Positions 18,578 to 27,782 are shown, numbered from the stretch's first letter. The stretch: 64,000 nucleotides of DNA from an uncultured Candidatus Saccharibacteria bacterium (GCA_963718685.1 OY970356.1:497031-561030); one strand, 5' to 3'. Numbers and translations: made by a program. The notes: generated by a model from the sequence alone, not told the origin.

Positions 18578-18629
18578 TTATAACCCTTCTTATTAAAGAT
18601 TACACGCTAAAGCTAATTTATACGAATTA

Positions 18630-19769
18630 CTAGAAGTAAATATAAGTGTCGAAGAACGATGCCGGTACGGTCATCTCGCTATAGTGGCCCGCAAAATCCC
18701 AGTTGTATTGGCTTACTGTTACGTATCCGCCGCTCACGCCTTCTACCCATGCTACGTGGCCGTAATAGCCGCTAGACATTACCGCTACCGAGTGAGCTCG
18801 GGGCGCTGAGCCCATTCTAAAACCTGAGGCTGCCGCACTGCCGGGCCATTGGTTGGCATTGCCCCAGCCATATACATGATAGCCTCGAACACTTTGAACT
18901 TTCCATGCTGCGTAGCTTACGCACTCACGGTTATACATGCCCCATGGGTCTACTAAAGAGTCTTGGGAAGCGTTGTCTAGATAGCTCGGGTAACCGCCGT
19001 GCCCCGGGTCACCGGCGTGAACCGTAGCGCCGCCGCCGTATGATTGCAGCCTTGCTGCATTAGCTGCCGCTTGCTCAGCCCGCAAGCTGGAAATTTGACT
19101 GTTCTTATTGCTAATCAATCCCTGATAAGCCGACTCTTTACCTTTGGTTTGTTGCAGAAGTTGATTGCGTTCGTTTTCTTTGGCAAGTATAGCCTTTTGC
19201 TGGTTCTTTTGGTTAGCAATTACCAGTTCGACTTCATGCTTTTGCTTATTAAGTTTTTGCTTTAAAGTTTGAATTTCATTAATACTTTGATTAACTTTGT
19301 CGCGTACCGAAGCTAAATATTCTTGTTTGTCTAGGTAGTCACCAATACTGCCGCTACTGGCCAGCATTTCAACCGGTGTAACTTGGTCTTCAATTGAGAG
19401 GTCGACTATAGATTGGCCAAAGGCTTTTTGGTTTTCCTTCAACTTCTTTTCGTTGGCGGCAATATCTTTTACCAGCTTATCGTGCTTAGCCTGGCTCAAG
19501 CTAAGCTGGCTTTCAATCTGGGATTTCTGGGCCCCGATCTTTGCCAGAGCATTATTTAAAGTGTCTGCTTTCTTACTTAACTTAGACGATTCTTGCTGGT
19601 ATGCATCAATTTCACGCTGAGCCTGGGCAATCTTTTGGTCATATTGATCGGCAGCTACCGATTGGCTCATGCCTGCCGGAACTGCTAAAACCATTAAAAC
19701 AGTGGCAGCGACTAAAGTCGACGAAGTCACTAACTGCTTAAATTGTGGTGTGGTGGACCGTAGTTTCAT
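18630..19769 (-). CDS. PcsB-like coiled-coil peptidoglycan hydrolase with CHAP domain
   Basis: Long coiled coil, then CHAP (NRECVSYAAWKV ... GHVAWVE). AGGGGGA SD before the ATG at 19769 (ORF track extends to 19796). Confidence 0.75.
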   Translation of the reverse strand: MKLRSTTPQFKQLVTSSTLVAATVLMVLAVPAGMSQSVAADQYDQKIAQAQREIDAYQQESSKLSKKADTLNNALAKIGAQKSQIESQLSLSQAKHDKLVKDIAANEKKLKENQKAFGQSIVDLSIEDQVTPVEMLASSGSIGDYLDKQEYLASVRDKVNQSINEIQTLKQKLNKQKHEVELVIANQKNQQKAILAKENERNQLLQQTKGKESAYQGLISNKNSQISSLRAEQAAANAARLQSYGGGATVHAGDPGHGGYPSYLDNASQDSLVDPWGMYNRECVSYAAWKVQSVRGYHVYGWGNANQWPGSAAASGFRMGSAPRAHSVAVMSSGYYGHVAWVEGVSGGYVTVSQYNWDFAGHYSEMTVPASFFDTYIYF

Positions 19770-19841
19770 GATGTTATTTCCCCCTAATGCTAGCACTATA
19801 AAGCATAAGCGTCAATACACTTATGCAAAAACTAGCTAATT

Positions 19842-20849
19842 TTATACTTTTAGATAACGGTGAACGGCAAAGACTGACGATATAACGCCAATAATCGCGC
19901 CGATTAGAACTAATCCAAGAAACACAAAAGCAATATTAATGGTGACGAAATCAATCGTCGGCTGTATGGCAACCCCAGACTTAACTAAAGGCTCTCGTAG
20001 TAAGCCCAAACCTGTCCAACCCAGTCCGGTAGCAAAAATTGCCGCAAAAAAACCATACATCATAGCCTCTACAGTAAATGGCCCGCGAATAAAGTTTCTA
20101 TCAGCACCAATAAGCTTCATCATCTCGATCTCGTCTTTACGGTTAAAGATAGCCATGCGAATAGTGTTAAAGATAATAAGCACAGAAATTGCTATAAATA
20201 CTACGCTAGCGATTGTCCCTACTCGGCTTATAAATTGTACTGTGTTGCCTATGGTATCTATAGTCTTACGTCTTGACGTTGCAAACGTAGGTGCATGATC
20301 CGGACTAATAGAATCTTGGAAAAGTTTATCGTTTTTAACAAGAGATTCTATGCTGCCTAACTTATCTAAATCAGTCGGCACTACGCGCAAAGTTGCAGGA
20401 TATGGAGTCTGAGGTAATTCTGAAAGAGTTTTTAGCTGATTTTTAGGTAGGTCACCGTTAGCAATACTATCTTTTTGATACTGACTGGAGCTAATATAGC
20501 GCGTACTATCAACGCTAGGAAGTTTTTTAAGTTTGCTTTCTAGCTGTTTGGCGGTAGATTCGTCAATATCATTTTTTAAATAAATAGATATGTCTACTTT
20601 AGATCTGAAATAATCAACGGTTGACAACAGGGTATACCTAGCAGCTAACGTGCTGAATACGATTAAAAGTGTAATTGTCATAACTGCGGTAGCAGCGATA
20701 GTTAGCCAGGCGTTACGCGAAAAGTTATTAATGCCATAGCGGCACATGCGCACAAAAGTAATCCACTTGCGACGCACACGCTGGTTTTGCCTTAAGGCAA
20801 CTTTAGCGTCAGTAGTTTGCTTCTGCTGCTTTTTCTTCTTATCCGTCAT
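19842..20849 (-). CDS. ftsX: cell-division permease FtsX
   Basis: Four-TM FtsX layout, 4-bp overlap with ftsE. Confidence 0.8.
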   Translation of the reverse strand: MTDKKKKQQKQTTDAKVALRQNQRVRRKWITFVRMCRYGINNFSRNAWLTIAATAVMTITLLIVFSTLAARYTLLSTVDYFRSKVDISIYLKNDIDESTAKQLESKLKKLPSVDSTRYISSSQYQKDSIANGDLPKNQLKTLSELPQTPYPATLRVVPTDLDKLGSIESLVKNDKLFQDSISPDHAPTFATSRRKTIDTIGNTVQFISRVGTIASVVFIAISVLIIFNTIRMAIFNRKDEIEMMKLIGADRNFIRGPFTVEAMMYGFFAAIFATGLGWTGLGLLREPLVKSGVAIQPTIDFVTINIAFVFLGLVLIGAIIGVISSVFAVHRYLKV

Positions 20850-21529
20850 TGTTTGTAACTACCTCTTACTTGGTCGGAAGTAACTTTACCGTGATCAATA
20901 GTAATAACCCGCCGTTTCAACCGGTTTACAATTTCTGCATTGTGAGTGGTTAGAAGAACCGTCGTGCCATAGCGGTTAATTTTCTCTAGCAAGCGCACAA
21001 TATCCCAGCTGTGTTTAGGGTCTAGATTACCAGTTGGCTCGTCGGCGATTAAAATTTTCGGTTGGCGCACTACTGCGCGAGCAATTGAAACACGCTGCTG
21101 TTCGCCGCCGGAAAGCTGCCTAGGAAATTGCTTTTCTTTGCCATTTAAGCCCACTAAATCAATAACTTTTGGCACAGTAGATTTAATCTCGCGGTTGGTC
21201 ATACCGGCAATTTCCAGCGCAAAAGCTACGTTTTCGAACACGGTACGTTGCGGTAAAAGTTTAAAATCTTGGAAAACTACGCCAATTTTACGGCGCAGCA
21301 TAGGAATCTGCTGATCTTTTAAGGAATCGTAATCGATGCCGCCAACTACAATTTTGCCACTGGTCGGTTTTTCTTCGCGCGTTAAGAGTCTTAGCAAAGT
21401 AGTTTTGCCCGCGCCGCTGGTGCCTACTAAAATCACGAATTCTTTTGGCTCAACATGAATACTAACCCGATTCAGCGACGGTTTAGAGGTTTTGCCATAA
21501 CGTTTTGTTACCCTATCTAACAGAATCAT
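20846..21529 (-). CDS. ftsE: cell-division ATPase FtsE
   Basis: Walker A GTSGAGKTT, signature LSGGEQQR, Walker B ILIADEP. The start MILLDRVTKRYG at 21529 is preferred over the track start 21577. Confidence 0.85.
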   Translation of the reverse strand: MILLDRVTKRYGKTSKPSLNRVSIHVEPKEFVILVGTSGAGKTTLLRLLTREEKPTSGKIVVGGIDYDSLKDQQIPMLRRKIGVVFQDFKLLPQRTVFENVAFALEIAGMTNREIKSTVPKVIDLVGLNGKEKQFPRQLSGGEQQRVSIARAVVRQPKILIADEPTGNLDPKHSWDIVRLLEKINRYGTTVLLTTHNAEIVNRLKRRVITIDHGKVTSDQVRGSYKQ

Positions 21530-21538
21530 ACAAGCTAA

Positions 21539-21547
21539 ATTATAGCA
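21539..21547 (-). promoter_or_regulatory. extended -10 (TGCTATAAT) 9 nt upstream of the ftsE ATG
   Basis: Minus strand reads TGCTATAATTTAGCTTGTATG, no SD. Confidence 0.4.
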
Positions 21548-21561
21548 TAGAAAGAGGTCCT

Positions 21562-21687
21562 CTAAGTAAAGCTTCAAAACTCTTGAAACAGACTAGAAGC
21601 GAAGTACAACCCCTGAGAATCCTGACTGAAACAGGCATTTTTGGGGCGTAGAACGGTCTGTTGAGAGAATTTTGAAGCTTACTTAGG
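21562..21687. repeat. ~125-bp imperfect palindrome between prfB and ftsE
   Basis: Arms 21562-21593 and 21656-21687 are about 80% complementary. They flank a 62-nt core with an inner CCCC/GGGG and CCTG/CAGG stem. Confidence 0.6.
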
Positions 21688-21688
21688 A

Positions 21689-22774
21689 CTAGCCAGCAAG
21701 GTTAGCTTCTAGGTAGGAATCAATAAAGCCGTCTATCTTGCCATCCAGCACCTTTTGGGCATCGCGTTCTTCATGTTTTGTGCGAGTATCTTTGACCATA
21801 GTGTACGGATGCAAAACATAGTTGCGGATCTGTGCGCCCCACTCGGCAGACTTGCTGGGGCCTTTTAGTTTTGCCAGGTTTTCTTCGTGTTGCTCAAGCT
21901 GCAGTTGGGCTAATTTTGAGCGCAAAACTTTCAGGGCGGTTTCTTTATTTTGCAGCTGCGAGCGTTCGTTTTGAATACTAGCCGTAATGCCGGTTGGTAA
22001 ATGCGTTACGCGCACTGCACTGTCGGTAGTATTCACGCTCTGACCGCCGTGGCCACCGGCTCGAAAAACATCAATTTTCAAGTCTTTATCATCTAATTTC
22101 ACTTCTTCAGGCGTGTCGATCTGCGGCAAAACTTCAACCAACGCAAAACTGGTTTGGCGCAAGTTATCAGAGTTAAACGGACTCAAACGCACCAGGCGAT
22201 GCACGCCATGCTCGCTTTTTAATTTTCCATATGCATACGGCCCGCTTATTTCTATCGCGCTGCTTTTGATGCCGGCTTCCTCGCCCGCCGACTGTTCTAT
22301 AACTTTGGCCTGAATATCGCTGTTTTCAGCCCAGCGCAGATACATTCTCTCTAACATCTGCGTAAAATCGGCAGCATCGGTGCCACCTACTCCAGCGCTT
22401 AAACGAATAATCGCATCGTGATCGTCGTAACGACCATTAAATTGCAGTTGTTTTTTTAAGCTCTCAAATTCCGATTCCAGAGTTTGTAGCTGAGGCTCAA
22501 CTTCAGTCTTCAAACTCTCGTCGCCCAGTTCAATCAGCTCGATTAAATCTTTTAGCTGGGTGCGTAGCTTTTGCCATGGTTCCACAGCACTCTTTAGGCT
22601 GGCTAGCTTTTTGCTCTTAGTTTGCGCGGCGCCTGAATCACTCCAAGCATCAGGCTTGGCCAGTTCAGTCTCTAGCTTGTTTTGTTGAGCTAGCTTTTCA
22701 TCAATATCAAGCTGCTTAGCCGCAGCCTCCACTTCATCAGCCAGCTTTTTAATTTGTTTTAATAACGATTGCAT
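21689..22774 (-). CDS. prfB: peptide chain release factor 2, uninterrupted (no programmed frameshift)
   Basis: SPF motif (LSPFNSDNLRQT), GGQ ([16 protein letters not shown]). The start MQSLLKQ at 22774 is preferred. Confidence 0.9.
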   Translation of the reverse strand: MQSLLKQIKKLADEVEAAAKQLDIDEKLAQQNKLETELAKPDAWSDSGAAQTKSKKLASLKSAVEPWQKLRTQLKDLIELIELGDESLKTEVEPQLQTLESEFESLKKQLQFNGRYDDHDAIIRLSAGVGGTDAADFTQMLERMYLRWAENSDIQAKVIEQSAGEEAGIKSSAIEISGPYAYGKLKSEHGVHRLVRLSPFNSDNLRQTSFALVEVLPQIDTPEEVKLDDKDLKIDVFRAGGHGGQSVNTTDSAVRVTHLPTGITASIQNERSQLQNKETALKVLRSKLAQLQLEQHEENLAKLKGPSKSAEWGAQIRNYVLHPYTMVKDTRTKHEERDAQKVLDGKIDGFIDSYLEANLAG

Positions 22775-22781
22775 GTAGTTT

Positions 22782-22787
22782 ATTGTA
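22782..22787 (-). promoter_or_regulatory. -10 box (TACAAT) 7 nt upstream of the prfB ATG
   Basis: Minus strand reads TACAATAAACTACATG, no SD. Confidence 0.35.
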
Positions 22788-22834
22788 GCGCGAAATAAAG
22801 TAAACAAACAGATATGAAACTCAATCTAGGAAAG

Positions 22835-22856
22835 CTGGAGGCCTTTCGGCCTCCAG
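22835..22856 (-). terminator. hairpin terminator after Clp_N paralogue 1
   Basis: CTGGAGGCC-TTTC-GGCCTCCAG, perfect 9-bp stem. Confidence 0.6.
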
Positions 22857-22868
22857 TATCCCTATTTA

Positions 22869-23534
22869 CTACTGCGCGTCCCTGGAATCGTCGAGACGTG
22901 CCTTGAGTTTCTTGAGTCTCGCGAGACGTTTCTCGATTTTTTCGAGTTCTTTCTCGATACGCTCCGGTTCTGGCGACAAAACTAGGTCTTCACCAAACTG
23001 CTCCTTCATCAAAGGAACTTGCTCTTTGGCCCGCTTAAGGTACCACTCCATTTCTTGTATCGGGTCGGTACGGGGACTAACGCCGTGTTGGAAATTTTCC
23101 ATGATACGCTGTCGCACCACTAGCAATTCTACATCAAGCAGCCCTTCAAGAACCCGTGGGCCAACACCCTCGTTTTCTCGTATGAAGGCGAGCAAAATGT
23201 GCTCGACTCCAATATGGTTGTGCCCGAGACTCATCGCCTCGCGCAACGAGAGCTCAAGAATCCTCTTCGCTCGGGGCGTAAAAGGCAACTGGCCGGTAGG
23301 TTTCGAATCCTGAACCTCTTCTCTCGACCCAGTCATAGCTACCAGTGCCTCGCGAAACTTTTGCTTATCTACTCCCAACCCAGTCAGCAACCACGGAGTA
23401 AGGCCATCTTCCTCTGCGATTATCATCGCCAAAGCAAGATGCTCACTGCCGACGTAATTATCGCCTAGCTCTTTGGCTTGCTCTTGGGCAATGGAAATAA
23501 CCCCGTTTGCAGCATCAGTGAGTCGCTCAAACAT
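22869..23534 (-). CDS. stand-alone double Clp_N (Clp R) domain protein, paralogue 1
   Basis: MFERLTDAANGVISIAQEQAKELGDNYVGSEHLALAMI and a second repeat RILELSLREAMSLGHNHIGVEHILLAFI. No AAA+ module. Helical tail. Confidence 0.75.
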   Translation of the reverse strand: MFERLTDAANGVISIAQEQAKELGDNYVGSEHLALAMIIAEEDGLTPWLLTGLGVDKQKFREALVAMTGSREEVQDSKPTGQLPFTPRAKRILELSLREAMSLGHNHIGVEHILLAFIRENEGVGPRVLEGLLDVELLVVRQRIMENFQHGVSPRTDPIQEMEWYLKRAKEQVPLMKEQFGEDLVLSPEPERIEKELEKIEKRLARLKKLKARLDDSRDAQ

Positions 23535-23650
23535 CTCGCCGCCTCATTTCTTTCAGTAGTGAATAGGGTAAATTTTGAGATCCAGAAATTTGAATCTCAT
23601 ATCTACTTACTTAAAAATACGTTAAATCACCACCAATTTAATTAAACATT

Positions 23651-23679
23651 ACTATAGATTATTTTATTAGCTTTGTAAA
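23651..23679 (-). promoter_or_regulatory. sigma-70-like promoter of paralogue 1 (TTTACA-17-TATAGT)
   Basis: -35 at 23674-23679 and -10 at 23651-23656 on minus. Implies a ~110-nt leader. Confidence 0.5.
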
Positions 23680-23713
23680 ATTATAAACAGATATGAAATT
23701 CAAAGTAGGAAAG

Positions 23714-23736
23714 CTGGGAGCCTTTGCGGCTCCCAG
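23714..23736 (-). terminator. hairpin terminator after Clp_N paralogue 2
   Basis: CTGGGAGCC-TTTGC-GGCTCCCAG. Stem changes relative to 22835-22856 are compensatory. Confidence 0.6.
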
Positions 23737-23747
23737 ATCCCTACTCA

Positions 23748-24374
23748 CTACGTGTCGAGATGCTTAACATCCTCAAGACGCTCTTGAGCTATTACGAGAT
23801 TTTCTTCAATCCTTTCGAACTCCCCCCTTTTCAGAGTGTCGTCTTTCGGAAGTTGCTCTTTGAGAAAAGGAATTTGAACTTTGGCTGCTTTTAGGTGAGA
23901 CTCAAGAGCTTTCATTGAATCGTAAGGAGTTGAAAAACTCTCAATTATCTCTTCACGAACCGCCTTTGGGTCTACCTTGAGCTCCTTGAGAACTTCGGCA
24001 GCAACGCCTTTATTCTCACGAACAATTGCGAGCACAATGTGCCCCACCGCAACGAAATTGTGCCCAAGACCGAGGGCCTCGCGAATCGAAGTCTCAAAAA
24101 TCCGTTCTACCTCCTTGCTAAAAGGAAGGGAGCCGCCAGGTCGCTTTTGGGAGTGATTCTCCCTCTTTTGAACTTTTCCTCCCAAGGCATCGTGTATTGC
24201 CTGTTGAGTAACTCCCATGGAAGCCAATACTGGAGGAGCTGCTCCGTGGCTTTCCATATAAACCACACTCAGCAGCAGGTGCTCAGTAGTCACGTAACTA
24301 CTACTAAGCTGCCTCGCTTCGTCGTGAGCCTTAACAACCGTCTGCCTAGCAGACTCAGTAAATCGCTCAAACAT
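23748..24374 (-). CDS. stand-alone double Clp_N domain protein, paralogue 2
   Basis: MFERFTESARQTVVKAHDEARQLSSSYVTTEHLLLSVV and RIFETSIREALGLGHNFVAVGHIVLAIV. The ATG at 24374 aligns with paralogue 1. Confidence 0.75.
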   Translation of the reverse strand: MFERFTESARQTVVKAHDEARQLSSSYVTTEHLLLSVVYMESHGAAPPVLASMGVTQQAIHDALGGKVQKRENHSQKRPGGSLPFSKEVERIFETSIREALGLGHNFVAVGHIVLAIVRENKGVAAEVLKELKVDPKAVREEIIESFSTPYDSMKALESHLKAAKVQIPFLKEQLPKDDTLKRGEFERIEENLVIAQERLEDVKHLDT

Positions 24375-24491
24375 CTCGCCGCCTCTTTTCTGTAAGTAGT
24401 AAGTAGGGTAAATTTTGAGATCCAAGGATTTGAACCTCATATCCGTTTACTTAAAATGCGTTAAACTGCCCACCGGGTTTAATTAGAAGTT

Positions 24492-24520
24492 ATTATAGAT
24501 TATTTTCTTGATTTTGTAAA
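24492..24520 (-). promoter_or_regulatory. sigma-70-like promoter of paralogue 2 (TTTACA-17-TATAAT)
   Basis: -35 at 24515-24520 and -10 at 24492-24497 on minus, same position as in paralogue 1. Confidence 0.5.
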
Positions 24521-24551
24521 CACAAGCTCAGCCACCAAAGCCTCTATGCGC

Positions 24552-24557
24552 TATACT
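24552..24557 (+). promoter_or_regulatory. -10 box (TATACT) 7 nt upstream of the murI ATG
   Basis: TATACTGAAGAGTATG on plus. Confidence 0.35.
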
Positions 24558-24564
24558 GAAGAGT

Positions 24565-25209
24565 ATGATAATCGGTGTTTTTGATTCCGGCATCGGCGGC
24601 AAAGCTCTGGCTAGTGAACTGCAAAAAACATTTCCTAAGGCCAAGCTGATCGTAGTGAACGACAAGGCCCATGTTCCCTATGGAGACAGAGCTCCTTCGA
24701 AAGTCATTCGCCTTACCGATGCTGCTATTCAACCTTTGCTAGATGAAAGCTGTGACGTTATCGTAATAGCCTGCAACAGTGCAAGCGCCATAGCTATCGG
24801 CACTTTAAGAAAGACTTACCCCGAGCAGCTATTCATCGGCATCGAGCCAATGGTAAAAACTGCGGCAGCTCACACCAAAAGTCAGGTTATTGCCGTTTGC
24901 GCCACGCCCGTTACTCTTAGTAGCGAGCGTTACCAAAAATTGGTTCAAAAACACGCCGCACATTTAACAATCATTGAGCCAGACTGTAGCCAGTGGGCTT
25001 ACATGATTGAAAATAACGTTTTAAACAAAGAAAAAATCAAAGAAGTTGTTGAAGATGTTTGTATGCAGGGAGCTGACGTTATAGTGCTAGGTTGTACTCA
25101 TTATCACTGGATAAAAGATTTAGTCACTCAAATTGCCGATGGCCGTGCAGAAGTTTTGGAACCGTCCGAGGCAATCGGCAGACGTGTTAAACATTTGCTA
25201 GGAGTCTAG
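24565..25209 (+). CDS. murI: glutamate racemase
   Basis: DSGIGG, ACNSAS and GCTHY catalytic-Cys motifs, 214 aa. Confidence 0.85.
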   Translation: MIIGVFDSGIGGKALASELQKTFPKAKLIVVNDKAHVPYGDRAPSKVIRLTDAAIQPLLDESCDVIVIACNSASAIAIGTLRKTYPEQLFIGIEPMVKTAAAHTKSQVIAVCATPVTLSSERYQKLVQKHAAHLTIIEPDCSQWAYMIENNVLNKEKIKEVVEDVCMQGADVIVLGCTHYHWIKDLVTQIADGRAEVLEPSEAIGRRVKHLLGV

Positions 25210-26490
25210 CTTTTCAACTTCATTTATAAATTCTTCGCCGCGAGCTTCGTAGTTTTTAAACATGTCAAAACTGGCACAAGCCGGGCTTAAGATTACTACA
25301 TCGCCCGAGCTTGCCAGTTCGCTGGCTTTCGCTACTATATCGTTCATAGTTACGCTCGACAAAACTTCATAGTTTTCAAATCCGACGTCGTCTAAGTTGC
25401 ATTTAATGTTTTCGGCTTCTTCGCCAATAATCAGAGCTTTCTTTATAGATAAACTCTTTATTTTAGTAGCAAGCCCGGCAAAATCAGAACCCTTGCTAGA
25501 GCCGCCTAAAATAACAACCTTTGGTTGCTCAAAGGCCTTTAGCGCCGCAATGGTAGAACCTGGCGTTGTCGCTATACTGTCGTCGTAATATTCAACTCCT
25601 TTTTTATTGGCAACAAATTTAAGCCTATGAGGCAGCCCATGGAATTGAGATAACCCTTCTTGAATAGCGGACCCGTCTTGCGTCCACTGCCAAGCTACGG
25701 TAATTGCCGCACAAGCATTTTCAATGTTATGTTTACCGGGCAACTTAAGAGCTTCAATAGAACAGATTTTTTGTTGCTGATAGTAAAAGTAGCCGTCTTT
25801 TTCATACACATATCTTTCATCAGGGTATGGAATTTGTTTGCCCTTAGAGGCTTCGGCAATAGACCTAGAAACATCATTTTTTGCGTAATATACCACCGAA
25901 TCTTCCTTAGATTGAAACAACGCTATATTGCTCTTTGCACGCACATAATCTTCGTTATCGTCATGAACATCCAGATGCTCTGGCTCTACCATCAATACCA
26001 CCGCTATGTGCGGAGACATTTTTAAATCCCACAACTGAAAGCTGCTTAGTTCGTAAACTACAATATCGCCAGGTTGAATATCTTCTAAAACATCAAGCGC
26101 CGGTTCGCCAATGTTGCCAACTAGCCAAACTTTCTTGCCGGCAGCTTTTAAAATTTCGTTAATCAAACTAGCAGTCGTGCCTTTGCCTTTTGTGCCAGTT
26201 ACGCCAATAATCGGCGCCGGGCAGTTTTCAAAAAACAGCTTTGTTACAGATGTAACTTTTCCGCTGACGCTGGCTTTTTTAGGATTTATAGCTGGCGTAC
26301 GAATTGCTATATCAGCTTTAATGTTATCGAAGCTTTTCACTCCCCCATGAAACTCCACGTTCTCGGGTAAGGGCTTTTTTGGCTCAGGTTTATTTTCATA
26401 AACCACAAACTCGGCGGCAGGATACTTTTTTAAAAAGTATTTATAGGCACTTTCCGCTTCAATGCCATATCCCAATAATGCTATTTTCAC
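25198..26490 (-). CDS. murD: UDP-N-acetylmuramoyl-L-alanine--D-glutamate ligase
   Basis: Mur ligase P-loop GVTGTKGKGTT, 430 aa, adjacent to murI. Confidence 0.8.
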   Translation of the reverse strand: MKIALLGYGIEAESAYKYFLKKYPAAEFVVYENKPEPKKPLPENVEFHGGVKSFDNIKADIAIRTPAINPKKASVSGKVTSVTKLFFENCPAPIIGVTGTKGKGTTASLINEILKAAGKKVWLVGNIGEPALDVLEDIQPGDIVVYELSSFQLWDLKMSPHIAVVLMVEPEHLDVHDDNEDYVRAKSNIALFQSKEDSVVYYAKNDVSRSIAEASKGKQIPYPDERYVYEKDGYFYYQQQKICSIEALKLPGKHNIENACAAITVAWQWTQDGSAIQEGLSQFHGLPHRLKFVANKKGVEYYDDSIATTPGSTIAALKAFEQPKVVILGGSSKGSDFAGLATKIKSLSIKKALIIGEEAENIKCNLDDVGFENYEVLSSVTMNDIVAKASELASSGDVVILSPACASFDMFKNYEARGEEFINEVEKLDS

Positions 26491-26495
26491 GAGCT

Positions 26496-27782
26496 CTACT
26501 CCTCCTTAAACAAGGTAGCAACTTTTTCGCCCAGTCTGTCGACCTGTTCTTTTTCAGCGCTGCCCACACCGGCTAAAGCCCAGGTGTTTGATTGCAAGAA
26601 TTCACAAGCCGTTTTGGAAATAGCCTCTCTGGTAATTCCACCAATCAGTTCCGGCATGCGTTCGTAATTTTTCACAAAACCGTCAAAGAAATAGCGCCCC
26701 GAATAAAAGCCGCTGATTTGTGAAACGGTCTGCGCGCCCATTTGATGACGGCCCAGCGCATATTGTTTAGCAGTTTCGATTTCTTGTTCATTTAATTGGC
26801 CGCCCAAAACCGCTTTCATTTCACGCACGATGATATCAAAAAGCGCATCTGCAGTTTCAAGGTTGACCTGCCCACCAAAATCCCACGCGCTGTCATGATC
26901 ATATGCCGCAGTTTCAGAAAACAAGCTGTAAGCTAAGCCTTTTTTGCGGGCTGCGCCATAAATGCGCGAGTACATCGTTCCTGTTAAGATGTGGTTCAAA
27001 CAGCCCATCGCATCATGTTCTTTGTCGTTGAGGCGTCGCGGTAAAACTAGCGATAAACCAAAGGTCAGATTTGGCGACTCTTTGCGGCGGATTAAAGTCG
27101 GATTGGCGCTGGAAAGCTTCTCCTGGCCAACTTCGAATCTTTTACCGTGCGGTAGTTTCCAATCTTCCAACTGGCGCAAAAGTTTTGCTTTTCGTCCATG
27201 TAAGCGGCCGGCAATTACAAACCGCAGATTTTCGGCCGTGTGAGTTCGCTTGTGATGCTTTTTAATGTCTTCCAGCGACACATTAGGAATAGTTTTAAGA
27301 CGTTGATAATACGTTAAAATATCTTCGCCTAAAAGCTGCTGGATGCGCGGCCACAAAAGCCGCCCGTGGCTGTTTAAATATCCGGTTAGCTCGCTTTTTA
27401 CATTGCCTTTTTCAGATTCTAACTCTTCTTCGTTGAAACGCGGCTGAGAAATCGCCAGTTGCTGTAAATCTAAGATTCGCTCCCACTCAAAATCTGCGCA
27501 ATCCGACAAGTAAACTAGGCTTAAGTCGCTGGTATAGGCGTTATGGTAAGCACCGTTTTTGGTAAATTCCGCTTCGTAAGCATGCTCGTCTTTAAACCTG
27601 GCATTAGCGCCAAAAGCCATGTGCTCCATAATGTGCGCGGTTTCATAAACATCTTGTTTTTTGACAAATCGGTTACCAGCTCGAAAATGGAACTGAAAAC
27701 TCATCACGGTTGCGCCCGGAACGTCAATCAAAAGACCTTTTGCTCCGCTACGCAACCTTACTTCCTGAACTTTATGCTTCAA
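26496..27782 (-). CDS. M16 (pitrilysin-family) zinc peptidase
   Basis: Inverted zinc motif HIMEH (HxxEH), 428 aa. Confidence 0.75.
   Translation of the reverse strand: MKHKVQEVRLRSGAKGLLIDVPGATVMSFQFHFRAGNRFVKKQDVYETAHIMEHMAFGANARFKDEHAYEAEFTKNGAYHNAYTSDLSLVYLSDCADFEWERILDLQQLAISQPRFNEEELESEKGNVKSELTGYLNSHGRLLWPRIQQLLGEDILTYYQRLKTIPNVSLEDIKKHHKRTHTAENLRFVIAGRLHGRKAKLLRQLEDWKLPHGKRFEVGQEKLSSANPTLIRRKESPNLTFGLSLVLPRRLNDKEHDAMGCLNHILTGTMYSRIYGAARKKGLAYSLFSETAAYDHDSAWDFGGQVNLETADALFDIIVREMKAVLGGQLNEQEIETAKQYALGRHQMGAQTVSQISGFYSGRYFFDGFVKNYERMPELIGGITREAISKTACEFLQSNTWALAGVGSAEKEQVDRLGEKVATLFKEE

Noticed and set aside
21689-22807. Programmed +1 frameshift in prfB
   Set aside because: The ORF is continuous. 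The region that aligns with the E. coli shift site reads QLDIDEK in frame and has no CTT TGA C. So there is no autoregulatory frameshift.
24426-24436. tRNA-like T-arm sequence GGTTCAAATCC (minus strand) in the leader of Clp_N paralogue 2
   Set aside because: No acceptor, D or anticodon arms surround it. The paralogous leader has GATTCAAATTT at the same place. I take it as coincidence within a small hairpin.
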